DNA of 64,000 bases from Octopus sinensis (Eukaryota). Every line of letters starts with the position of its first letter. The stretch's first letter is position 1. Below, one piece after another: positions 40,318-54,177 of the stretch. Under the pieces are notes generated by a model. That model was not told the origin of the DNA. It saw only the letters and a list, made by a program, of their open reading frames with translations, and did not search any database. The DNA is taken from assembly GCF_006345805.1 (NCBI RefSeq), contig NC_043021.1, positions 15,128,001 through 15,192,000 on the forward strand, written 5' to 3'. Both the position numbers and the translations under genes were made by a program.

Positions 40318-41089
40318 CATCTATCTATCTCTGCATATATGTATACAGACACATGCACTTACACACACACATAAATGTATGTATGTATATCTATATATAA
40401 TTTTTCTGAATTTTCAGATTTTTCTATATGCTAGGCTACTGGTTTTAAATTGATGTTAATTAAATTGATATTCAATTTATTACCCTCATTATTTAAATTT
40501 TATATACATATATAAAAATAAAAAGAAAAAAAAGAAATAAGTGGAAATTTTACCGGTGAGTGTGTTAAATTATAAGGCACAAAAAGAAAATGACTCTCCC
40601 CACACACAACAGAATATGCTTCAACACTCGAACTCATATAAAGAATCTTGCAAACCAAATCCCAAAATGATATATATATGTATATTCTGTCTACCCTCTC
40701 AGGACCTTATAAAGTTCAATTTCAAGTTTTACACACACACACACACACACACATTTACACACATATATATATATATGTGTGTACATATATAACATTAATT
40801 ATGTGTTTAATTATATGTATAAGTATAATAAACTAACTTTATGAGGTGCGTGCGGAAGAGCAAGGAGCCAAATAATAACATATCTATTCATTCTTAACAC
40901 ATTCTGGCAGATTCAAATATGAACACGTTAATTATTGTTTTGCATCATTGGAGAACACCTCCTCTCTTTAGACCAGGTGTATCAAACTGCAGAGTCCCTA
41001 AGGGCCACATTGCTCACATACACATTGCCATGGGGGACACCATCAAGTGTATTTCTTTCATCTTTTGTTTTTTACATATTTCAGTCTAT

Positions 41090-42272
41090 AGTCTGTGGCC
41101 ATACTGTAGCATCACCTTGAAGAATCTTAGCTGAACGAATCAACCCCAGTACTTGTTTTTGAAAGCCCGTTACTTATTCTATCAGTTCCTTTTGTCAAAC
41201 CGCTAAGTTACAGGAACGTAAATGTACCATCACCAGTTGTCAAGTGGTGGTGCAGGACAAACAGCAACACAAAGACACACACATACACACACACACAAAC
41301 ACACACACAAACACACACACATACACATGGCAGGGTTTTTTTCAGTTTCCATCTCCCAGACCCACTCACAAGGCTTTGGTCAGCTTAAGGCTATGCTAGA
41401 AGAAGACATTTGCCCATTGGAACTGAACATGGAACCATATGGCTGTAAAGCAAACATCTTACCACACAGCCATGCCTGGTAAATTTCATCATTCTTTAAA
41501 ATGAAGTAAAAATCATATACTCTCTCTCTTTTACTTGTTTCAGTCATTTGACTGTTGCCATGCTGGAGCACCACCTTTAGTCGAGCAAATCGACCCCGGG
41601 ACTTATTCTTTTGTAAGCCCAGTACTTATTCTATCTGTCTCTTTTTGCCGAACCGCTAAGTGACAGGGATGTAAACACACCAGCATCAGTTGTCAAACGA
41701 TGTTGGGGGGACAAACACACATACACATATACATACGACAGGCTTCTTTCAGTTTCCGTCAACCAAATCCACTCACAAGGCATTGGTCGGCCCGGGGCTA
41801 TAGCAGAAGACACTTGCCCAAGATGCCATGCTGTGGGACTGAACCCAGCATCATGTGGTTGGTTAGCAAGCTACTTACCACACAGCCACTCCTGCGCCTA
41901 TATATATCTCCCTCTTTTACTCTCTTTTACTTGTTTCAGTCATTCGACTTGCAGCCATGCTGGAGCACCGCCTTTGGTTGAGCAAATCGACCCCAGAGCT
42001 TATTCTGTGTTAGTCTAGTACTTATTCTATCAGTCTCTTTTGCCAAACCGCTAAGTTACGGGAATGTAAACACACCAGCATCAGTTGTCAAGCGATGTTG
42101 GGGGACAAACACAGATACACAAACATATACACACATATATATATATGTATACATACATATACGATGGGCGTCTTCCAGTTCCGTCTACCAAATCCACTCA
42201 CAAGGCTTTGATCAGCCCAAGGCTATAGTAGAAGACACTTGCCCAAGGTGCCACACAGTGCGACTGAACCCA
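41090..42272 (-). mobile_element. Three consecutive SINE B copies
   Basis: About 41090-41475, 41530-41900 and 41925-42272, all on the minus strand. Confidence 0.88.
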
Positions 42273-43149
42273 TGTCATACACACACACACACATACATAC
42301 AAGCATACACACACATACATACATACAAGCATACACACACATACATACATACATACATACAAGCATACACAGACATACATACATACAAGCATACGCACAC
42401 ATACAAAAAACATACATACACACATACAAAAAACATACATACATACATACACACACATACAAAAAACATACATACATACATTTCTCAGATTTAAAATGTG
42501 ACATCACTTCTGTTATCTCCATTCCAAAGATGGAGTTTTGCATGTTTGTTAGAGACCAGTTCCTTTTTCAGAGGAAGAATTTAAATGATTAAATACAGAA
42601 GAGACATACATACATATATACATACATAATTATGTAGGCAGAGTTAAAGTCTAAGCTGCATTCTCTTGAAGTACATCTACTTATTCCAATATTCTAACTC
42701 TGTATGTGGTTCTTGTATTTATGTGAGGTAGGCATTAGAGTGGAAGATTCTGGAAATATGGTTTGCAGAGTAGTTATATATCAAAACAGGAGGTAAGAAA
42801 AAATGTTTAGTATTATTTATTCACCATTACAGATGTTTCGTTTGCTAATAGGAATTACAAAATTGTACATGTAGGAAATTTCCTATTAGGAATTCTTCAG
42901 ACAGAGAATCAAGTAATACAAAATTTAATGCTTGCTTTTCCACGCTTGCACAGGTCAGATGAAATTGGTTGAGGCAGAGCTGTTTACAGCTGGATGCCCT
43001 TTCTGTCACCAACCCTCAACTATTGTCCATCACTTATAGGAGGGTGATGCTCATTTACAATCATCGTATGATGTCAAGACAGGGGCACACACACACACAC
43101 AAATGGTGGAGTTTTTTTTCAGTTTCTGTTTACTAAATCCACTCACAAG

Positions 43150-43460
43150 CCGCGGCTGAATGGCCAGGTTGCCAGTTTACCCGATGGCAAGTGGGCCCGT
43201 GCCATTAGAATCCATATATGGAGGCCCATGTTAGTATCTAAGGGGCTCATTCCTTCAAGTTTGAGAATTTTTTATTCACTCCTGGAAGAATGCATTAATT
43301 ATTTCAACCATGCTGTGTTTGTAGACAGTTGAAAAAAAAATTTTTAACAAAAAAAATAATTTTACCAAAAAAAAAAAAAAATGAAATGACAGCATTGTAG
43401 TTGTGGGTGGGCCTCCTTAGTCTCCTGGCAACCAATATTTTGAGAGCCAGTCTGCTACTG
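43150..43460. mobile_element. hAT-type MITE
   Basis: 8-bp TSD ctcacaag (43142-43149 / 43461-43468); degenerate TIR ending gccagtctgctactg. Confidence 0.7.
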
Positions 43461-43483
43461 CTCACAAGGTTTTGGTCATCTCT

Positions 43484-43817
43484 TCTCTTTCTCTCTACTC
43501 CGCCGGTTACGACGACGAGGGTCCCAGCTGATACGATCAACGGAACAGCTTGCTCGTGAAATTAACGTGCAAATGGCTGAGCATTCCACAGACACGTGTA
43601 CCCTTAACGTAGTTCTCGGGGAAAATCAGCGTGACACAGAGAGTGACAAGGCTGACCCTTTGAAAATACAAGTACAACTCATTTTTGCCAGCTGAGTGGA
43701 CTGGAGCAACGTGAAATAAAGTGTCTTGCTCAGGGACACAACGCGTCGCCGGGAATCGAACTCACAACCTTACGATCATGAGCCGAATGCCCTAACCACT
43801 AAGCCACGCGCCCTCAC
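43484..43817 (-). mobile_element. tRNA-derived SINE family E (CORE-like GTGTCCCTGAGCAAGACAC)
   Basis: Head GGCGCGTGGCTTAGTGG...GAGTTCGATTCC; 11-bp TSD tggtcatctct (43473-43483 / 43818-43828). Confidence 0.88.
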
Positions 43818-44044
43818 TGGTCATCTCTAGGTTATACTAGAAGGCACTTGCCCAAAGTGCTGCTCAGGGAGACAACCAAAAATCACATGGTTGGGAAACA
43901 AGCTTCTCAACCACACACCTCATAAATATATTACACACACAGACACACATGTACACATATATATCTACACGTATGCACACATGCATGCATACACATACAT
44001 ACATATATGTATGATATTTGCATTTACTATATATATATATATCT

Positions 44045-45062
44045 CTTTTACTTGTTTCAGTCATTTGACTGCGGCCATGCTGGAGCACCTCCTTCAGTCG
44101 AACAACTCGACCCCGGGACTTATTCTTTGTAAGCCCAGTACTTATTCTATCGGTCTCTTTTGCCAAACCGCTAAGTGACGGGGACGTAAACACACCAGCA
44201 TCGGTTGTCAAGCAATGCTAGGGGGACAAACACAGACACACAAACACATACATATACATATATACGACAGGCTTCTTTCAGTTTCCGTCTACCAAATCCA
44301 CTCACAAGGCTTTGGTCGGCCCGAGGCTATAGTAGAAGACACTTGCCCAAGGTGCCACTCAGTGGGACTGAACCCGGAACCATGTGGTTGGTATGCAAGC
44401 TACTTACCACACAACCACATATATATATACATTATATAATAATATATATTAAGGCGACGGGCTGGCAAAATCGTTTGCACGTTGGGCAAAGTGCTTAGCG
44501 GCATTTCGTCCGTCTGTACGTTATGAGTTCAAATTCCGCCGAGGTCAACTTAGTTTTTCACCCCTTCGGGTCAATAAAATAATCACAGTTAAACAGTGGG
44601 GTCGTTGTTATCGGATTATGGGCCTCGTGCCAAATTTGAAGTCATATATAAAACACACACACATATATAGGCGCAGGAGTGGCTGTGTGGTAAGTAGCTT
44701 GTTTACCAACCACAGTCCCACTGTTCAGTCCCACTGCATGGCACCTTGGGCAAGTGTCTTCTACTATAGCCTCGGGCCGACCAAAGCCTTGTGAGTGGAT
44801 TTGGTAGACGGAAACTGAAAGAAGCCCGTCGTATATATGTATATATATGTGTGTGTGTATGTTTGTGTTTGTCCCCCTAGCATTGCTTGACGACCGATGC
44901 TGGTGTGTTTATGTCCCCGTTACTTAGCGGTTCGGCAAAAGAGACAGATAGAATAAGTACTGGGCTTACAAAGAATAAGTCCCGGGGTCGAGTTGCTCGA
45001 TTAAAGGCGGTGCTCCAGCATGGCCGCAGTCAAATGACTGAAGCAAGTAAAAGAGTAAAAGA
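44045..45062. mobile_element. Head-to-head SINE B pair (44045-44415 -, 44668-45062 +) with a SINE A between them
   Basis: Family consensus on opposite strands; CpGs retained. Confidence 0.9.
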
Positions 45063-45090
45063 GTATAGAGACATATATATATATGTACAT

Positions 45091-45123
<33 letters not shown>

Positions 45124-45229
45124 GGATATAATATACTATATATGTTATGTATGTACACGGGTATGTATATACAAATGTACATGACATGCAAACGCACGTT
45201 TAGTTTTATATGTGTGTGTAATTGAATGT

Positions 45230-45903
45230 CTGTATGATGCGAATGCCGGAGGAAATAATAAAGGTGTGCCGCATTAAATGGCAACTATCACATTACTAAG
45301 GTGTCAATACTGCTGCAAGCCTACTGCTATGCCTAGCTTCCACACCAAAACCACTGCATCAAAGACAGCTGCTAGTCATAAAAGTCAGCGAGAAGCTACC
45401 ACTGCTGCTGTCCGACTTTTGCGGCGTGTTATTACCACTGCAAACCTACTGCTACTATACGACGTTTTCTCTTTCTTTTTTTTTTTTTTCCTTCAGTGAG
45501 AGTGTTATTACTGCTGCAAACCTGCTGCTGCTGTGCGACTTCTGCAGCGAGCTTTTATTACCGCTGCAAACCTGCTGCTGCTATGCTGGCTGGCTGACAG
45601 ACAAGCTAACTCTGACAACCACTGCAGCAGCAAAGGACAAGCAGCAGCCAAGCGAAAGCCAGTCTGCCAAGCCTGCCAGCCAGCCAGCCACACTGACTGA
45701 CTGGCAGTAGACATATTACTACTGCTACTACTGCTGTGTAAGCAACCCTACTGCAAGCCTGCTCCTTTGCCACTCCCACTGTCACTTCAACTACTACCAC
45801 TGCCAAGCTATGCTCGCTCGTAGCTAGGAGCTGTTTACATTTCTGGGGGAGATTTTCCGATTGTTTACGGACGAAACACCGCTTTTTACAGCCCTAATAC
45901 CAG
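45230..45903 (+). promoter_or_regulatory. Candidate promoter and non-coding first exon of a host gene
   Basis: Unique, CpG-containing, CTG-rich sequence ending in a consensus donor CAG|GTAAGT (intron from 45904), followed by a pyrimidine-rich intron start; two TGTTTAC forkhead motifs at 45832 and 45862. The start coordinate is approximate. Confidence 0.55.
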
Positions 45904-46425
45904 GTAAGTCTTTGAAACGGAACCTCACCGAACATATTTCAGTGAATTGTGTAGTGTTTTTTGTTTTAATTTAATTGTTTTCTCCGTCCCACCTTGTAGA
46001 CATTCGTCCAGGTATGTTGGTGGGTTTTCCCACTTACACGAATACATATTCACCACATATTCGCTATCGAGATTTTTTGGCTCGTATCGCTCCGTGTCTT
46101 TTCTTTTTTTTCTTCGTTTTCTTTCTCATTAAATAACCTTCCCTCTTTTTTCTTTTTTTTCCTTCCACCTTACCATATTGTTTTTGTTCTTTTTCGCCCC
46201 TTTTTTTCCCCTTCCTTTGAAGAGAAAGATACATTGTTCTATTACCCCCCTCCTCGGGAGAGAGAGAGAAAGAGAGAGAAAGAGAGACAGAGTGAGAGAA
46301 AGAGAATGGGAAGAAGAGAGAGAGACTGAAAGAAAGAGAAACAGTCTCCGTATACTTGATACAGTTTATATTACACTAAGAAAAATGCACACTTTCTGTA
46401 TATAATGAAATTTAAGGTGAGCGGA

Positions 46426-46462
<37 letters not shown>

Positions 46463-48057
46463 GATAGATAGATAGATCTATACATACATAGAGAAAGAGA
46501 GAGAATGTGCGATAGAGACATAGATCGCGAGAGAGAAAGAGAGAGAGAGACAAGAGAAAGAGAGGGGCAGTGAGAGTGTCATTCGCCGACTGAAAGAGAC
46601 AGGAGAACGACGACGACGTGAAGGAGGAATAGTAGGAGTAGAAGCGGCAGTCGAGGTGGCAGCAGTGGTAGGAGGAGGAGACTCTGACCTCTTCCTATCA
46701 ATATGGCTGACCAAACTTCAACGACATTTTCTCACTCGATACACACGCACTCGCACACATTGTACATACATTTTTGTACCCACTCCTCGCTTCTCTCCTT
46801 GTTGATCCCTCAGGTTAACCCCCGATCGAACAGATCCTCGCTCACAGGCGTTCCAGCTGTGACCATATCCGTCTTTTGTCGAGGCATTGTGCGCGTATCG
46901 AGAGGCGATCGGTGTGTGTGATTCGAGGAGCGATTTAGTTGTTGTTTCTAGCATGTGACCGATCACGTAGAGGTTCCCTAATTGTCTCGATTCCCACCTC
47001 AGTTTTTTTTTTATATTTTAATCTCTTATCCGTGTCCCCTCGTGCTTTCTAACCTTCCCGCTGGTGGAAACAAACCTACAAAAGCCATACATATTAATAT
47101 CATATGAGCTATTTTCCTTTTTCCCCGCCACTTCAGATCAGCTTCACGTTATTTATTATGCCTATATTATACATACATGTACACACACATATATATGTAT
47201 ATATATGACACACATATATATGTATATATATATATATGTATGTATATATAATTCTTTAATGACATATCTCACGATATCATTGTTAATATGTTACGAAATA
47301 CCCCGGCTCTCTTTGCCCACACACACACATATATATATATACATTATATATGTGTGAATATATTTATATATTAAGATATCGTTATCCCTTTAATCATACC
47401 CAATCAACAGTATTACGAGTATTATTATTAGTATTAATTATTAGTCTATAAAATAAAGTATAAGTCAAGTACTGGAGTGAATCTATTTACTATATATATA
47501 TATACACACATATATACATACTTTCTCGACAATATGTGGACCTTATGTTTCAACTTTGAAAAGGCTTTTTGTTAATAATATAATTAGCATCACTATTTTT
47601 AAATATTTGTATTGTCTATTATTATCCGATCATCGACTAAAATATTAGATAAGATTGTATGGAAATAGATATTTAAATATGTATGTCTATTCCTAATTAG
47701 TCTGTCATTCGAGAAAAAAAAAAAAAAGAAAATACCCCAAAATGCCCTCAAACTCAGCCCAAATTATATATCTGTCGGTCTATCTTCCTATTTCTATTTA
47801 TTACTTGAAAGAAAGACTTTTTTTTTAAAGTTTCCTCTCTTCTTGTCAGCAGCCAACGTTTTAAATTGCTTCCTTCTTCACCTTCATAATCCACCTGGTT
47901 TAACATTATATATATATAAATATATATATGATGGTAATTTTATTTTTATATTACTTACTATGGTATGTTCTCTCCACCTTTTTCTGTTGTACATTTTTGA
48001 AAATCTTTCTTTCCCCTTTTATTTTAATGTCGATAAAATTCTTGAAAGTGGGGGCAC

Positions 48058-48089
<32 letters not shown>

Positions 48090-48817
48090 CTTCTGTCTCA
48101 AACTATATAAGATAGAAGCCTGTTATCTATCTATCTAACACGTGTGTGTGTATATTTATAATCTCTCTCTATATATATGTGTGAATTTATAAGGTAATAT
48201 ATATATATGTGTGTGTATTTATAATATCTTATTATTTCATGCTTCTAAATGGCATGCTTAAGGAAGAATATTTATATTGAAATAAAAAAGAGAACTCCAG
48301 CTAATTTTGAAAATCTCATCAATTTACTGATCTTGCAATATTATGTGTCGCCGATTGCCGACAAATTCTGCTGTTTTACAAAATATTATTATAAAGTTTC
48401 ACAAAATATTATCATAAAGTCGTCTTGACTGCTTGTATTAATTTGATCAATTAGTAAATATTTGCCCCTGCCACCGCTAATATCGTCAGCCTACCTTTCA
48501 GTACCACCTTCCAGGTCTCTCTGCTGGAAGGCTTTCATTATTATTTTACCTACCTGCTTCTAATGTATATTTTTGATGACCATGTTAGACGGGCTTCAAC
48601 TTTTGAAGCCACTCACTTTCAACCCGATATATATATATATATATATATATAGTAATTCCAGGCATCATCGCTTTCCCCCCTTAACTTTTCCACATGGTGT
48701 CCCTTAATGACACACACACACAAATATATGTATATATTATATAAGAATATAAATGTATGTATATATACATCTGTATATTTCATTCGTTTGTTTTTATTAT
48801 TATATACATATGTAGAC

Positions 48818-48848
<31 letters not shown>

Positions 48849-49206
48849 TTTGTGTGTGTGTGTAGATATATATATACACGTGTGCTTGAGTATTATAAAG
48901 TGCATATATTGTAGGGTTTTTTCTTTTATCCCAGCGGGTCTTATTGGAAGAAATCGATCTGTAATAAAGATACATTCCGTTTTCGTTCCCTTCAATTTTT
49001 TTTTATATTGTGTGTCTTCCCCCGGGATCTATCTAAGACCAATTTCTTTTTTATATATATCTTCCATACGAATGAATACACACACAAACAGACACACCTA
49101 CATGCATGTAAGCAAGTGTATATCGAAATAGATGTATTAGTCTATAAAATAAATATACACTTGCTAAACATGCATGTATGCTCGCTATTTAATCTATGTG
49201 TGAGTA

Positions 49207-49248
<42 letters not shown>

Positions 49249-49868
49249 TTATACCAATATTTTTTTAATCTCCTATACGAATACACAGTAAGAGAGAGAG
49301 AGAGACCACATACATACATACATACACGTGCATGTTAGCAAGTGTATATATATATATGGTGTCTATTCGACCTCTCTGTCTTTCTCTATATCTCTATCTC
49401 TCTGATTATCTTATACAAGGGGTAATTGGTAGCTGGTTTGTGTTGTGTTTTATAAACGAAATCAACGAATGACGCCTGCATGGCAACCCGAATGCTGTGT
49501 GGTGGTGTGTCTTTCTAACGTTGAGGTGCAGCCATTTCAGCCAGTCATGTGACAGCTCTTTCTCTCTCTCTCCAACTTTCAGTCACATTTCTTACTTTCT
49601 TTCGTGTGTGTGGCGATGACAGCTTCTTTCGCTTAATTTTCTTTCCAAACCCGTTTTTAAAGTAAACTGTAAAAAATACACGAAATAAAAAACCGGCTGT
49701 ATATGTATGTATGGCGAAAGATCGCCGTATGTATTTGTATGTGTGTGTTTGCTTGTTTCACTGAGAGCCCAAGCCTTCTATGAATCGCATTCCGACCGTG
49801 ACCATCTGGTTTTTTTTTTTTGCCTTTTTTTTTGCATTTTCTAAAATTAAGTCGGACACGGTATAATT

Positions 49869-50990
49869 TCTGAGTTCAAATTCCGCCGAGGTCGACTTTG
49901 CCTTTCCTCCTTTCTGGGTCAATAAATTAAGTACCGGTTACGCACTGGGGTCGATATAATCGACTTAATCCGTTTGTCTGTCCTTGTTTGTCCCCTCTGT
50001 GTTTAGCCCCTTGTGGGTAGTAAAGAAATAGAAATAGGTATTTCGTCTGCCGTTACGTTCTGAGTTCAAATTCCGCCGAGGTCGACTTTGCCTTTCATCC
50101 TTTCTGGGTCGATAAATCAAGTACCAGTTACGCACTGAGGTCGATATATAATCGACTTAATCCGTTTGTCTGTCCTTGTTTGTCCCCCTCTGTGTTTAGC
50201 CCCTTGTGGATAGTAAAGAAATAGAAATAGGTATTTCGTCTGCCGTTACGTTCTGAGTTCAAATTCCGCCGAGGTCGACTTTGCCTTTCATCCTTTCTGG
50301 GTCGATAAATCAAGTACCAGTTACGCACTGAGGTCGATATATAATCGACTTAATCCGTTTGTCTGTCCTTGTTTGTCCCCCTCTGTGTTTAGCCCCTTGT
50401 GGATAGTAAAGAAATAGAAATAGGTATTCGTCTGCCGTTACGTTCTGAGTTCAAATTCCGCCGAGGTCGACTTTGCCTTTCATCCTTTCTGGTCGATAAA
50501 TCAAGTACCAGTTACGCACTGAGGTCGATATATAATCGACTTAATCCGTTTGTCTGTCCTTGTTTGTCCCCCTCTGTGTTTAGCCCCTTGTGGATAGTAA
50601 AGAAATAGAAATAGGTATTTCGTCTGCCGTTACGTTCTGAGTTCAAATTCCGCCGAGGTCGACTTTGCCTTTCATCCTTTCTGGGTCGATAAATCAAGTA
50701 CCAGTTACGCACTGAGGTCGATATATAATCGACTTAATCCGTTTGTCTGTCCTTGTTTGTCCCCCTCTGTGTTTAGCCCCTTGTGGATAGTAAAGAAATA
50801 GAAATAGGTATTTCGTCTGCCGTTACGTTCTGAGTTCAAATTCCGCCGAGGTCGACTTTGCCTTTCATCCTTTCTGGGTCGATAAATTAAGTACCGGTTA
50901 CGCACTGGGGTCGATATAATCGACTTAATCCGTTTGTATGTCCTTGTTTGTCCTCTCTGTGTTTAGCCCCTTGAGGGCAGTAAAGAAATA
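49869..50990 (+). mobile_element. SINE family A concatemer, 6 units (~191-193 bp period)
   Basis: A truncated first unit, then unit starts at 50037, 50230, 50423, 50614 and 50807; TSD ggtataatt at 49860-49868 / 50991-50999. Confidence 0.93.
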
Positions 50991-51376
50991 GGTATAATTC
51001 CCAGGCTACACAATTGTTCATTTTAATGCTAAGCGATATTTCTTTCGTCCGTCTTCACGTTCTGAGTTCAAATTCTGTCGAGGTCGACTTTGCCTTTGGT
51101 TCCCTCATAGCCTATAAAATACCAGTTGAGGGCTGGGAACCGATGTAATCCACACCCGACCATTACCCCAAATTCAGCTCTTGTACCTATTTATTATTAT
51201 TATTATTATTATTCAAATGCTATTTAATGTGGGATGCGACAAGAAAGACATGTGACTTTTTGTAGCCGGTCATGCATGTATATTATATGATAGTGTAGTG
51301 TGTTGAGCGGGTGTATATAGTTTATACAGCTTGTGATGAAATTGTAGATCTTTCGCTTCTCTATCTATCTGACTAT

Positions 51377-51510
51377 ATATATAATTAGGGTTCAGCAAAG
51401 ATTTGCTTTACCACATACCGAAGTTTAGAAATAGCAGCCCAAAAAACCTTAGCTATTTCTTAAACTTCGGTATGTGGTAGAGCAAATCTTTGCTGAACCC
51501 TAATTATATA
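51377..51510. mobile_element. Palindromic MITE
   Basis: Near-perfect ~60-bp arms attagggttcagcaaagatttgct...agcaaatctttgctgaaccctaat. Confidence 0.85.
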
Positions 51511-51612
51511 AAGTATTACTTAAGTTTACCGTGAAATGGTCTTTTTTTCATGCCGAATTCTACTTGGTGAAATTATTGATTACTTTTTAATTAATTAATT
51601 TTACCCTTTTCT

Positions 51613-51655
<43 letters not shown>

Positions 51656-51680
51656 ATGTATATATATATATATATATACA

Positions 51681-51811
51681 CAGGGTGTCCCCAAAAAATG
51701 TATACACACCTTAAATAATTGTAAATTTGTTATTCTTTGTAAGCCTAGTACTTATTCTATCGTTCTCTTTTGCCGAACCACTATGTGTATACATTTTTTG
51801 GGGACACCCTG
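51681..51811. mobile_element. Tc1/mariner-type MITE
   Basis: Perfect 28-bp TIR CAGGGTGTCCCCAAAAAATGTATACACA within TA-rich flanks. Confidence 0.88.
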
Positions 51812-51859
<48 letters not shown>

Positions 51860-52152
51860 CCTTTAGCCAACAGGTTTGGGATCTGATGATACGCCATAAA
51901 GCTAAGCTTTTTATGGTCGTCAAACCTAAGGTAATCTCATAAACCGGCCTTATCTAACATATATATATATATATATATAGTGTTTTTTTTTTTTTAAATT
52001 GTTAGTCATTTTGTCTAATTATCTACTTTAGAATACGTGAGCTTATTTAACTTTGATCAATCCCCTATTTTTTTTTTTCCACCGTTTACTCTTTCCCACT
52101 TAGATTTCATTTCCTGCTTACTTCAAACCTCTCTATATACTCAAGTGTGTGC

Positions 52153-52194
<42 letters not shown>

Positions 52195-52280
52195 GTCTGT
52201 GTGTGTAACTTTGTATATATACACGCGCGCACATATGTACACGTATATACACAGCTTCACAGAACAGCAGGTGTTTTTCG

Positions 52281-52312
<32 letters not shown>

Positions 52313-52752
52313 ATATATATATGTATTTCATAATGAATATTTTATATTTCTCTTCATTAAGGGTGTCAGAAAAGCAACCTTTTGAAATCAAAATCAAGAT
52401 TAGTTCGCCTTCATCTTTCTCTCTTCAAATAAAGCAGCTTCTTAGTAAAAACTTAATTAACCGTTAATTAAAAGTAAGTCAAAACAGTCTCTAGGAAGCC
52501 AAGCCAGAAATAGTATTTGTCCCATAGTTCGCTTTATATTCTCCTCCGTAAGTATTAGTTTCAACAATGTTAAGACACGATCGTTTACTACCCTCAAGGT
52601 TTTTATTTAGCCTCTAATAGTCACCATCTGTTTGTCTAGGTTGTAATTAAACCGTAAATACCTAACATAGCTTTAATAACGAAGGGAGGTGAGATTTTTA
52701 TGAAGTCTCATTGATTGTATGTATGTATACTATAACAGCTCTTTGTTGGTGT

Positions 52753-52783
<31 letters not shown>

Positions 52784-52914
52784 CAGTGTACATTTAAACA
52801 CATTAAGAGGTATCCATTATAGGACTACCTTACGCTAGAAGGAACAGCTAAAGTCCAAACCACTAATTAGGGATAAATTCTCGAAGGGAACGAAAAATAG
52901 AAACATTTACCATC

Positions 52915-52953
<39 letters not shown>

Positions 52954-53452
52954 TACTTGTTTTAATCATTGGACTGTGGCCATGCTGGGGCACGGCGCCT
53001 TGGAAAATTTTAGTTCAGTACTTATTTATTTGTAAAACCTGGTTCTTACTTTTATCGGTCTTTTTTGCCGAACCGTTAAGTTACTGGGACGTAAACACAC
53101 CAACGCCGGTTGTCACTCGGTGGTGGGAGACAGACAAAATCACACAGGTGTGTGTGTGTATATATATATATATATAAGAAGCCCGTCGAATATATGTATA
53201 TATATTATATATACGACGGGCTTCTTTCAGTTTCCGTTTACCGAATTCACTGACAAAGCCTTGGTCGGCCTAAGGCTAGAGTAAAGACACTCGTCCAACC
53301 CATGCAGTGGGACAGAACCCGGGACTATGTCGTTGGGAAACAAACTTTTTACCTCAAGCCACATATATATAATATTCATACACACACACAGATATATACA
53401 TATATATTCACATGAATATCGAACGTATCATTTATATACATACATACATGCA

Positions 53453-53499
<47 letters not shown>

Positions 53500-54177
53500 C
53501 TAGCATGGCCGCTCAGAAACAACTAAAAGATACACTTGTGAGATACGTATGGATATAACACGCCCCTGTTCCCTTTCTTTGTTGCTGTGTTTTAGCCCTT
53601 ATACGGACCCATGATCAAAGGCGTTCCATTTCTGACCATCTCGTCTTTTCCGTGACTAAATTTTCAATGGTTTGTGGGAGGTTGTGGCTTTTATTTGTGA
53701 CAGGTAGGGCAGCCACGTTGAGTGGGGCCTCCCCGCCACGTTGTATCGCTGCCCTTTTGTGAGTGTTAGGGAGCACATTATATCTGCGTTCCTTAGCTTT
53801 TTTCTCCTCTTCTCCTTTTTCTTTTCTTTCACTCTTTCAAATGAATGAAATCAAGCATGTGTAAGATACATGTCTTGCAGTGTTGGTATGTGTGTGTGTG
53901 GGCAGTGTATACACATACAAGCCGTGGTATGTTTTACAAAAGAAACGGCCCGCCTACAAGTCGCACACACCTTGCATCCGCTTAGAAAACGATTTATAAA
54001 TAAATAAATAAATAAATAGATAAATGAATAAAAACCCATATTTCGTGGGAAAAAATGTAAATAAAACCAGGCCAGGTTGTTGCTTTCTTTCGTTTTCGTT
54101 TTATCCTCCACTCGGGTGTGATAATTACTCCTTTAAACACATCTACCCACGTTTCTCTGGAACTCCTTATGTACGAT

